Below, piece by piece: positions 29,259 through 37,387 of a stretch of 64,000 bases of DNA (its first letter is position 1; every line of letters starts with the position of its first letter). The DNA comes from Allosphingosinicella sp. Its GTDB lineage: Bacteria > Pseudomonadota > Alphaproteobacteria > Sphingomonadales > Sphingomonadaceae. The notes beneath the pieces are model-generated. The model did not search any database. It saw only the letters and a program-made list of their open reading frames with translations, and was not told the origin of the DNA. The stretch lies in assembly GCA_036402575.1 (NCBI GenBank), contig DASWSP010000084.1, forward strand, positions 9,924 to 73,923. The letters run 5' to 3'. Position numbers and translations under genes: made by a program.

Positions 29259-31581
29259 TCTTTTCTCCTGGATCCTGGGCCACCGGCCGATAGAGGGTCG
29301 TACGCTGCCGCGCGAACCGGCCTGCCGCCGCGGCGATCGAGGCCATGCGCTCGGCGCTGCAGAGCTGGCCGTTGGCCCCGCCTGCCGCGCGCGTGATCGA
29401 TTCGTCCATCAAAATCCCGCCAAGGTCGTTCGCCCCGGCCCTCAGCGCCGCGGCCGCCCCGTCCGGACCGAGCTTGACCCAGCTTACCTGGATATTGGCC
29501 ACCAGCGGGTGCAGGACGAGCCGCGCGACCGCGTGCATCAGCAGCGCCTCGCGCGCGCTCGGTCCGGACCGCGCCGCGCCCTTGCGCCAGATCGGCGCCT
29601 CCATGTGCACGAACGGCAGCGGCACGAATTCGGTGAAGCCGCCGGTCTCCGCCTGCAGGTCCCGGATCGAGAGCAGATGCCGCGCCCAGTGGCCGTAATG
29701 GTCGATATGGCCGAACATGATCGTCGCCGTCGACCTCAGCCCCACCCGGTGCGCGGTGCGCATCACCTCGAGCCACTGCGACGTGTTCACCTTGTCGGGG
29801 CAGATCACCGCGCGCACCTCGTCGTCGAGGATTTCCGCGGCCGTGCCCGGCAGGCTCGCCAGTCCCGCGCGCTTGAGGCGCGACAGATAGTCGGCGAGCG
29901 GCAGCCCCAGTGTCGCCGCTCCGTGAGTCACCTCGAGCGGCGAGAAGGCGTGGATATGCACGCCCGGCGCCGCGGCGCGCACCGCCTCAAGCACCGCCAG
30001 GTAGAAGTCGCCGTCATAATCGGGGTGGATGCCGCCCTGCAGGCAGACCTCGGTCGCGCCCCGCGCCACCCCTTCCGCCGCGCGCCGGCCCACTTCGGCA
30101 AGGTCGAGCCTGTAGGCCGGCCCGCGGACCGCCTTCACGCTGCCCTTCGAGAAGGCGCAGAAGCCGCATTTGTAGAGGCAAATGTTGGTGTAGTTGATGT
30201 TGCGGTTGACGACGTAGCTCACGGCCTCCCCCGCCGCGCCCCGCCTCACCCGGTCCGCCGCGCCGGCGACCAGGGCTACATCCGGTCCGTCCGCTTCGAA
30301 CAGCGCGACGACGTCCGCCTCGCTCAGCCGTTCCCCGCCCGAGGCGCGGGCGACGATTGCCTCGATCGAGGGCGACCTTGCGGTCCGGCCCGACGGCAGA
30401 TGGACGGGCATGACCTCCGCCGTTCCAGGATGCCAGCCGTCGGTCACGGGCAGGCCGCGGGCGTCGACCGCGCGCCGAACCACCGGCACCAGCGCAGGAT
30501 CGAGCCAGCGCTCCGGCGCCTTTGCAAAGGCGGGCCCGATCGCGAGCCGCTCGCGCAGCACGCGTCCCGCTCCGGCAGTCGCCCGCTCGAGACCCGCGAG
30601 ATGCGGCCACGGCGCTTCCGGGTTCACATGGTCCGGAGTCACCGGCGACACGCCGCCCCAATCGTTGACCCCCGCCCGAAGCAGGTCGGCGAGCGCCTCG
30701 ATCTTCTGCAGGTTGGGCGGCGCCTGGATCGTCATCTCCGGCCCCAGCACGAGCCGGGCCGCGGCGATGGTCCAGAGATGCTCTTCGAGCGGCGGCTCCG
30801 GATGGTCCGCCATCCGAGTCCCCGGCTTGGCGCGGAAGTTCTGGACGATGACTTCCTGGACGTGGCCGTAGCGGCGGTGGAGCGCGCGGATTGCGAGCAG
30901 CGCCTCCACCCGCTCGCCGCGGGTCTCGCCGATGCCGATCAGCAGCCCGGTCGTGAACGGCACCCGCGCCCGCCCCGCGGCCTCGATCGCGGCCAGGCGC
31001 CGGGCCGGCAGCTTGTCGGGCGATCCGTGGTGCGGCCCGCCCGGCTGCGAGAGGCGCTCGGCGTAAGTCTCCAGCATCAGCCCCATCGACGCCGCCACCG
31101 GTCGCAGCGCGGCATAATCGGCATCGTCCATCAGACCGGGGTTGAGGTGCGGCAGCAGGCCGGTCTCGGCGAGCACCTCGGCCGCCATCTCGCGCAGGTA
31201 GGACAGGGTGGATTCGTGACCCAGCTCGGCGAGCGCCTCGCGCGCCGCGCCGTATCGAGCCTCCGGCCGGTCGCCGAGCGTGAACAGCGCCTCGCGGCAG
31301 CCGGCCGCCTTGCCGGCCCGGGCGATCGCCAGCACCTGGTCGCGCGTCAGATAGGGCACGGCATGGCGCGGAGTCGTCGCGAAGGTGCAATAGTGGCAGA
31401 CGTCGCGGCACAGCCGGGTGAGCGGAATGAACACCTTGCGCGAGTAGGTGACGAGCGCGCCGAAGCCGTCCAGAGTCAGCCGCTCGGCCGCCTCGACGAG
31501 ATCGGCCAGCGGCGCCTCCGCCAGCGCCGCGGCGACGTCGCCGGCCGCGGCCTCGTGCAGCGATTCGAGCCTGCCCTTCAT
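29233..31581 (-). CDS. fbiC: FO synthase, fused CofG/CofH (FbiC)
   Basis: Two radical-SAM CxxxCxxC motifs (CRDVCHYC and CLYKCGFC). ~780 aa. I prefer ATG at 31581 (MKGRL, AGGAAGG RBS) over the TTG at 31611 used by the track. Confidence 0.9.
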   Translation of the reverse strand: MKGRLESLHEAAAGDVAAALAEAPLADLVEAAERLTLDGFGALVTYSRKVFIPLTRLCRDVCHYCTFATTPRHAVPYLTRDQVLAIARAGKAAGCREALFTLGDRPEARYGAAREALAELGHESTLSYLREMAAEVLAETGLLPHLNPGLMDDADYAALRPVAASMGLMLETYAERLSQPGGPHHGSPDKLPARRLAAIEAAGRARVPFTTGLLIGIGETRGERVEALLAIRALHRRYGHVQEVIVQNFRAKPGTRMADHPEPPLEEHLWTIAAARLVLGPEMTIQAPPNLQKIEALADLLRAGVNDWGGVSPVTPDHVNPEAPWPHLAGLERATAGAGRVLRERLAIGPAFAKAPERWLDPALVPVVRRAVDARGLPVTDGWHPGTAEVMPVHLPSGRTARSPSIEAIVARASGGERLSEADVVALFEADGPDVALVAGAADRVRRGAAGEAVSYVVNRNINYTNICLYKCGFCAFSKGSVKAVRGPAYRLDLAEVGRRAAEGVARGATEVCLQGGIHPDYDGDFYLAVLEAVRAAAPGVHIHAFSPLEVTHGAATLGLPLADYLSRLKRAGLASLPGTAAEILDDEVRAVICPDKVNTSQWLEVMRTAHRVGLRSTATIMFGHIDHYGHWARHLLSIRDLQAETGGFTEFVPLPFVHMEAPIWRKGAARSGPSAREALLMHAVARLVLHPLVANIQVSWVKLGPDGAAAALRAGANDLGGILMDESITRAAGGANGQLCSAERMASIAAAAGRFARQRTTLYRPVAQDPGEKNERSVQAA

Positions 31582-31657
31582 CGCCTTCCTAGAATCCTCC
31601 CCCGGCGCCAACTGCGATTCGTGCCCCGATCATCTTCGCCAATATGCGGCGCGCGTC

Positions 31658-31681
31658 AATTTAGCACTGCAGTGTAGAATT
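31658..31681. promoter_or_regulatory. regulon operator copy O8
   Basis: AATTTAGCACTGCAGTGTAGAATT, ~77 nt upstream of the fbiC ATG. Confidence 0.6.
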
Positions 31682-31745
31682 CGGCGGCAAAAGCCCCGGA
31701 ATCCCGTGCCGCCCATATTCGCGATGTCGCGCGAAAGGACAATAG

Positions 31746-31769
31746 ATTTCTAACCTGCAATGCAAAATT
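31746..31769. promoter_or_regulatory. regulon operator copy O9
   Basis: Reverse complement reads AATTTTGCATTGCAGGTTAGAAAT. It lies ~99 nt upstream of the fused CoA-transferase ATG (31868). Confidence 0.55.
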
Positions 31770-31867
31770 GCTTGCCTTTTGCCGCCGCCTCCGCTTTGCT
31801 TGACCCGGCAAATTGCCGCGCCTGGCGAGAATCGCCCGGAAGACGGCATCATACATTAGGAGTGAGG

Positions 31868-34258
31868 ATGGCTGGACCGCTGGATCATCTGGTCGTCGTC
31901 GAGGCGTCGCGGGTCATGCCGGGGGCGATCGCCGGCATGCTGCTCGCCGATCATGGCGCGGACGTGATCAAGGCGGAGCCGCATGGCGGCGCCTTCTTCG
32001 CCCACGACCTGACACGCAAGTCCTGGGACCGCGGCAAGCGCAGCGTCGAGCTCGACTATGACGATCCGGGCGAGCGCGCGAAGCTCGCCGCCCTCATCGC
32101 GACCGCCGACATCTTCATCCATTCGCTGGAGGACGAGGAGGCGGCCCGGCTGGGCCTCGATCGCGACACGCTCGCCCGCGACAATCCCGGACTGATCGTC
32201 TGCGCGCTCCAGGCCTATGGCAAGGACACGCCCTTCGCCGGCCGTCCCTATGGGGAGTCGCTGGCGGCCGCCCTGCTCGGGACGATGGTCGACAAGAGCA
32301 GCTCGTTCCGGCCCGGCCCCATCTATCTCGGCCACCCCGCCCTCCATTATGGCCAGGCCTTCCTGGCGGTGATCGGGCTCCTGGCGGCGATCAAGGCGCG
32401 GCGCGAAACCGGCCAGGGCCAATTGGTCGAGGCATCCTTGCTCGATTCGATGCTCGCCCAGTCCCCGATGAACAATTGGTGGCAGGAGCAGGGCATTTCC
32501 TACATCAAGAAGGGCGACAGCGGCGCGATCGACCGGTTCGGCAAGGTCCGCCTCGTCACCGCCATGTTCGAATGCGGCGACGGCCTTTTCCTGCAGATCC
32601 ACACCGGCGGCTCCGGCGCCTTCAAGGTCGCGATGGACATCCTCGGCTTCGGCGACCGCATCAAGGCGATCAAGGGCCCGGAAATGGCGGTGCCGCTCAG
32701 CGACGACGAATATCAGATCGCGCGCGTCGAAATCTTCGAGGCCTTCAAGCAGAAGCCGCGGGAGGAGTGGATCCGGCTGTTCCGCGAAGCCGACGTCGCC
32801 GCTCTGCCGGTGCTCGAGCCCGCCGAAGTGCTCCTCGACGACCAGGTCGAGTTCGTCGGGCAGCGGGTCGAGCTCGCGGACCCGGACTTCGGCACGATCC
32901 ACCAGGCTGCGCCGGCCGTTCGCTTCATCGCCGCGCCGCCCGCCATGCCCGAGCCTGCGCCGGCCGTCGGGGCCCACAATGGCGAGCTCGATTCGCTGCT
33001 GGCCCGGCCAAAACCAGCGCCGGCAAACGCCGGCGGCAGATCGGTGAGCCACGCTCTCGAGGGCCTGCGCATTCTGGATTTCAGCTCCTTCTTCGCCTGC
33101 GGCTATGCGGGGCGGCTGATGTCCGACCTCGGCGCCGACGTGATCAAGGTCGAGACCCCGGAGGGCGACCAGATGCGGCCCCTCCCCGACGTGTTCGACG
33201 CCGCCCAGCGCGGCAAGCGCGACATCGTTCTCAACCTCAAGACGCCTGAAGGGCTGGCTGCCGCGCATCGGCTGATCGAGGGCGCGGACGTGATGATGCA
33301 CAACCTGCGGCCCGGCAAGGCGGACAAGCTCGGCATCGGCTACGAGGCGATGGCGAAGCTCAACCCGCGCCTCGTCTACGCCTATCTGCCGGGCTACGGC
33401 TCGAAGGGACCCAAGTCGCTGCTCAAGAGCTTCGCGCCCCTGGTCAGCGGCTGGACGGGCCTGCTCTACGAGGGCGCCGGCGAGGGCAACCCGCCGACCC
33501 GCTCGGTATTCGGCAACGAGGATTACAATAACGGCTTCCTCGGCGCCGCCGCCGTGCTGATGGCGATCGAGAATCGCTACCGCACCGGCCGAGGCGACTA
33601 TGTCGAATGCCCGCAGCTCCATTCGAGCCTGTGGACGACGTCCGAGCATTTCCTCGATGCCGACCGGAAGGTCGTCTACGGCCTCAGGCTCGACCAGGCG
33701 CAGACCGGCTTCGACGCGCTCGACCGGATCTACCGCACCAGCGACGGATGGCTGTGCATCTGCTGCCGGCAGGACGAGCGTTTCGCCGCGCTGGCCAAAG
33801 CGATCGGGCGGCCGGAGATCGCGAGCGATGCGAGGTTCGCGACTCCGCGCGACCGCTCGGCGAACGATGCCGCGCTCGGCGAGCTGCTTGCGCCTTTCTT
33901 CGCAGGCCTCAGCTCGGCGGAAGCCTTCGAACGGCTCGACGCGGCGGGGGCACCCTGCGAAATCGTGCGCGAGAAATCGTGGGTGCAGGACGTGTTCTTC
34001 GAGGACTGGGCGACGCGGTCAAACCGCGTGTTCGAGGAGTTCGGGTCGATGTACGGCCACATCCGCGAGCTTGGCCTGATGAACCGCCTGAGCGCGACCC
34101 CCGGCGTCCGCAAGGGACCGGCGCCGCGCCTCGGCGAGCATAGCCGCGAGATCCTGGCCGAGGCCGGCTATTCGCCCGGAGAGATCGCTGACCTGGTGGA
34201 GCGCAGGATCGCCGTGACGGCCGACGCCAAGGAACGCGCCGGGCTGGTCTCGGCCTAA
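31868..34258 (+). CDS. tandem-fused double family III CoA-transferase-like protein (796 aa)
   Basis: Two copies of the family III N-terminal signature: VVVEASRVMPGAIAGMLLADHGADVIKAEP, and LRILDFSSFFACGYAGRLMSDLGADVIKVETP about 430 aa later. ATG at 31868 with AGGAGTGAGG RBS. Confidence 0.8.
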   Translation: MAGPLDHLVVVEASRVMPGAIAGMLLADHGADVIKAEPHGGAFFAHDLTRKSWDRGKRSVELDYDDPGERAKLAALIATADIFIHSLEDEEAARLGLDRDTLARDNPGLIVCALQAYGKDTPFAGRPYGESLAAALLGTMVDKSSSFRPGPIYLGHPALHYGQAFLAVIGLLAAIKARRETGQGQLVEASLLDSMLAQSPMNNWWQEQGISYIKKGDSGAIDRFGKVRLVTAMFECGDGLFLQIHTGGSGAFKVAMDILGFGDRIKAIKGPEMAVPLSDDEYQIARVEIFEAFKQKPREEWIRLFREADVAALPVLEPAEVLLDDQVEFVGQRVELADPDFGTIHQAAPAVRFIAAPPAMPEPAPAVGAHNGELDSLLARPKPAPANAGGRSVSHALEGLRILDFSSFFACGYAGRLMSDLGADVIKVETPEGDQMRPLPDVFDAAQRGKRDIVLNLKTPEGLAAAHRLIEGADVMMHNLRPGKADKLGIGYEAMAKLNPRLVYAYLPGYGSKGPKSLLKSFAPLVSGWTGLLYEGAGEGNPPTRSVFGNEDYNNGFLGAAAVLMAIENRYRTGRGDYVECPQLHSSLWTTSEHFLDADRKVVYGLRLDQAQTGFDALDRIYRTSDGWLCICCRQDERFAALAKAIGRPEIASDARFATPRDRSANDAALGELLAPFFAGLSSAEAFERLDAAGAPCEIVREKSWVQDVFFEDWATRSNRVFEEFGSMYGHIRELGLMNRLSATPGVRKGPAPRLGEHSREILAEAGYSPGEIADLVERRIAVTADAKERAGLVSA

Positions 34259-34286
34259 GCGCGACGAAGAAAGCAGGGGAACAGCG

Positions 34287-35297
34287 GTGGAACTCAACCT
34301 TCGATACGACATGAACAGCCCGCCGTTCGGCGCGCCGCATCCGATACTCTATCGGACCGCGATCGAGCAGGCGACGTGGGCGGACAAGCTCGGCTTCAAC
34401 CAGGTCTATCTGGCCGAGCATCACGGCGCGGAGCACGGCTACTGCCCCTCGTCGATGGTGCAGGCCGCTTCGATCTTCGGGCCCACCAAGCAGATCCTCG
34501 TCCACCTCTCGGCGCTGGTCGTGACGATGCACGATCCCATCCGCCTCGCCGAGGATCTGGCGGTGCTCGACAACATCTCCAACGGCCGCATCGTGTTCAC
34601 CGCCGGCATGGGCTACCGACCGCATGAATTCGAGATGTTCGGCAAGGACATCACCAAGCGGCTCGCGATCATGAACGAGACGATGGCGGTGCTGAAACAG
34701 GCATGGACCGGCGAGCCGTTCGAATATCAGGGGCGAACGGTGCGCGTGTCGCCCAGGCCGGTGCGGCCCGGCGGGCCCAAGATCTACATGGGCGGCTCGA
34801 CCGACAAGTCGGCGATCCGCGCCGCCAAGGCGGGCTATCAGTATTTTCCCGGCCATCCCGACCTGTTCGAGATCTACAAGGAGGAGCGCGCCAAGGCCGG
34901 CTTCCCCCCGCCCGAGCCGCTGCTCAAATCGGGCGCGAGCTTCCTCTACGTCAGCGAGGACCCGGACCGCGACTGGCCGCAGCTCGCCCCCCACATCGCC
35001 TACGCGACCAATACCTATGCGGAGTGGGCGAAGGAGCGTGGCGAGGGCGCGACCCGCTACCAGGCGTCCGCGTCCGACGAGGAGCTTCGCCACCTGCCCA
35101 ACATCAAGATCCTGACGCCCGATCAGTGCTTCGAATATGCGATGGATCTCGGCAACGAGTCGCAGCTGACCTTCCACGCGCTGCTCGGCGGCATCGATCC
35201 CGACCTTTCGTGGAAGAGCCTGCGGCTGTTCGAGAAATCGGTGCTGCCGCGACTGGTGGCGGCGGGGATGGTCAAAGGACCCGCACGCGCGGCATGA
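34287..35297 (+). CDS. luciferase-like (LLM class) flavin/F420-dependent oxidoreductase
   Basis: 336 aa with a TIM-barrel LLM pattern (FNQVYLAEHH, LDNISNGRIVFTAGMGY). GTG start at 34287 with AGGGGA RBS. Confidence 0.8.
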   Translation: MELNLRYDMNSPPFGAPHPILYRTAIEQATWADKLGFNQVYLAEHHGAEHGYCPSSMVQAASIFGPTKQILVHLSALVVTMHDPIRLAEDLAVLDNISNGRIVFTAGMGYRPHEFEMFGKDITKRLAIMNETMAVLKQAWTGEPFEYQGRTVRVSPRPVRPGGPKIYMGGSTDKSAIRAAKAGYQYFPGHPDLFEIYKEERAKAGFPPPEPLLKSGASFLYVSEDPDRDWPQLAPHIAYATNTYAEWAKERGEGATRYQASASDEELRHLPNIKILTPDQCFEYAMDLGNESQLTFHALLGGIDPDLSWKSLRLFEKSVLPRLVAAGMVKGPARAA

Positions 35298-35309
35298 GGG
35301 AGAGCTTGT

Positions 35310-35963
35310 ATGACTGACGACGATATCTACGTGCCGCTGCGCCGCCAGGCCCTGCGCGCCATGGTGGCGCTGCCGCTGGGGCTCGCCGCCGGCGCCGCAG
35401 CCGCGCAGGCGCCCGCGCGCCGCGCGCCCGCCGGCAACCTCGCGACGCGCCTCGACATACTCGAGTCGAAGGACCGGATCACGGAGGTGCTCTACGCCTA
35501 TGCGCGGAGCAACGATCGGCTGGACGAGGCGCTGCTGCGCTCCTGCTTCTGGCCGGAATCGACCCACAAGCATGGCGGGTTCAGCGGCAAGTCGAGCGAC
35601 TTCGCCGGCTTCGCGATCAAGATCATCGGCGGACTTCGCTACGCAGCCCACCACATCTCGAACGTCTCGGTGGAAGTGCGCGGCAATCGCGCTTTCTCGG
35701 AATGCTATTATTTCGCCCATCACCGCCGCGCCGCCAAGGAAGGCGGCGGCGAGGAGGACGCTTTCTTCGAGGGCCGCTATCTCGACCGCCACGAGCGGCG
35801 CGGCGGCGAATGGCGGATCATCCAGCGCCGCGGCCTCAGCGACTTCTCGACCGTGGTCCCGGCCAAGACGCTCCATGCCTCATGGCCGGAGGGGCAGCAC
35901 AGCCTGCGCTACCCGGACGACGATTATTACGCGATGCGCCGCGCCTTCGAAGCCGGGCGCTGA
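35310..35963 (+). CDS. SnoaL-like / NTF2-fold protein with Tat-like signal
   Basis: N-terminal LRRQALRAMVALPLGLAAGAAAAQA, then an NTF2/SnoaL_4-like core (ITEVLYAYARSNDRLD, WRIIQRR). Confidence 0.6.
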   Translation: MTDDDIYVPLRRQALRAMVALPLGLAAGAAAAQAPARRAPAGNLATRLDILESKDRITEVLYAYARSNDRLDEALLRSCFWPESTHKHGGFSGKSSDFAGFAIKIIGGLRYAAHHISNVSVEVRGNRAFSECYYFAHHRRAAKEGGGEEDAFFEGRYLDRHERRGGEWRIIQRRGLSDFSTVVPAKTLHASWPEGQHSLRYPDDDYYAMRRAFEAGR

Positions 35964-36967
35964 ACCCAGTGCGACAGCGGCAGGCCGGCCACCGTCGTCC
36001 GGGCCCTGGCGATACTGTTGGACGCTCGCGACACCACATAGAGGTCGCGTAGGTCCGCGCCGCCCCAGGCGATGTTGGTGGGCATGCTGATGGTTTCACC
36101 AGCCGGATCGCGCGCCATTTCGATGACGCGCTGATCGGGGGTGATCGCGACGATCGCATTGGCGAAAGGCAGCGTCACCCAGAGATTGCCCTGCGCGTCG
36201 AACGCGAGGCCATCGGGATAGCCGAGCCGCCCGCGCGCGGCCGCGTCCATGCGCCGGATGTCGCCGATGTCGTGGTCCGGGATCACCTCGCCGAGCAGCG
36301 GGCCGAAATTCTCGGCGCGGCCGAGCGAGCCGTCGCGGCGGCGGCGCATCCTCCTGATCCGTCCCGACGCCGTCTCGGCCACGTAGAGGTAGCGTTCGCC
36401 CCGGTCGAGGCAGCAGCCGTTGGCGCCGCGGATGCCGGAAGTCTCCATCGTGACTTCCCCCGCCGGCGTGACGCGATAGACGAAACCTTCCGCGGCGCGG
36501 TTGCCGATATTGGCAGGATCCGACCATTTCGAATGCGTGCAGTAGATGGTGCCGTCGCGGGCGATCGCCGGAGCGTTCGAACCGACGAGCAGGCGGCCGC
36601 CGATCTTGTCGGCGAGCGTTTCGAAGCGGTCCGTCACCGGGTCGTGCCGGAGCAGCGGGCCGGGCTTGTTGGCGAGCAGACCAAAGGTGGCGATCACCAC
36701 CCTTTCCCGGCCGTCCAATGCGACGCCGTTGCCGTGCACGTTCTCCCCGACCCGGGTCAGCGCCCCATTGGCACCCAGCACGACGTAAGCGGCGCTTGCG
36801 GTTGAAATGAAGGTTCGGCCGTCGCGGGCGCAGGCGATTCCCTCAGGCCGCTCCAGATCGCGCAGGATCGTTCGGAACGCGCCTGCCTTGGGTCGTGCCG
36901 CGCGTGCCGGCAGCGGCCACAGAGCCGCGGCGGCCGCGAGACTCCCCACGAATTCGCGGCGGTCCAT
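35927..36967 (-). CDS. SMP-30/gluconolactonase/LRE family protein, Tat-exported
   Basis: Twin-arginine signal MDRREFVGSLAAAAALWPLPARA. Beta-propeller SGL-like repeats (PDGLAFDAQGNLWV). Confidence 0.75.
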   Translation of the reverse strand: MDRREFVGSLAAAAALWPLPARAARPKAGAFRTILRDLERPEGIACARDGRTFISTASAAYVVLGANGALTRVGENVHGNGVALDGRERVVIATFGLLANKPGPLLRHDPVTDRFETLADKIGGRLLVGSNAPAIARDGTIYCTHSKWSDPANIGNRAAEGFVYRVTPAGEVTMETSGIRGANGCCLDRGERYLYVAETASGRIRRMRRRRDGSLGRAENFGPLLGEVIPDHDIGDIRRMDAAARGRLGYPDGLAFDAQGNLWVTLPFANAIVAITPDQRVIEMARDPAGETISMPTNIAWGGADLRDLYVVSRASNSIARARTTVAGLPLSHWVQRPASKARRIA

Positions 36968-37384
36968 TCAGTCGATCGGCGTGAAACCGGCGACGAGGTG
37001 GTCGCCCGCCTGCACCGGGCTCAGCCGCACGCGCATGCCGCAAGCCGGCGCACGGTCCCCCGCATCGACGAGCAGGCCCGGCACGCGCACGCCCGGCGCC
37101 TCATCCGGCTCGAACAGCACGACCGTGAACGGCACCTCGTCCTTGTGGTCGCCGGGCAGGAGGCTGCGGACGACGGTGGTGAAGCTGTAGACCGTTCCTT
37201 CGGGTCCCACCCGCCGCCATTCGAGTTGCACCCCCGGTTTGCCCGGCACGACTTCGGGCGGATACCAAATCCACTGGCCCGTCTCCGGGTCGGCCGTGAT
37301 GCGCAGCTCGCCGGCGGCCAGGCCTTCGTAGAAGGGCTTCATCTGGTCGCCCTCGAGCTTCGGCGGATAGATCGGAATGCCCAT
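36968..37384 (-). CDS. DUF35 OB-fold acyl-CoA-associated protein
   Basis: 138 aa with an OB-fold core (GTVYSFTTV, FTVVLFE). Sits directly downstream of the SCPx-type thiolase. No zinc-ribbon cysteines. Confidence 0.75.
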   Translation of the reverse strand: MGIPIYPPKLEGDQMKPFYEGLAAGELRITADPETGQWIWYPPEVVPGKPGVQLEWRRVGPEGTVYSFTTVVRSLLPGDHKDEVPFTVVLFEPDEAPGVRVPGLLVDAGDRAPACGMRVRLSPVQAGDHLVAGFTPID

Positions 37385-37387
37385 GGC

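Noticed and set aside
28648-31677. 1009-aa plus-strand ORF. Similar giant ORFs occur at 40747..44541 (1264 aa), 22037..24571 (844 aa), 17943..20108, 13421..15325, 11622..13433, 33909..35876 and 55080..56615.
   Set aside because: All are antisense to, or out of frame with, genes that carry clear enzyme motifs. Their translations are R/A/G/P-rich with no recognisable domain. This is the expected stop-codon-poor shadow of GC-rich coding DNA.
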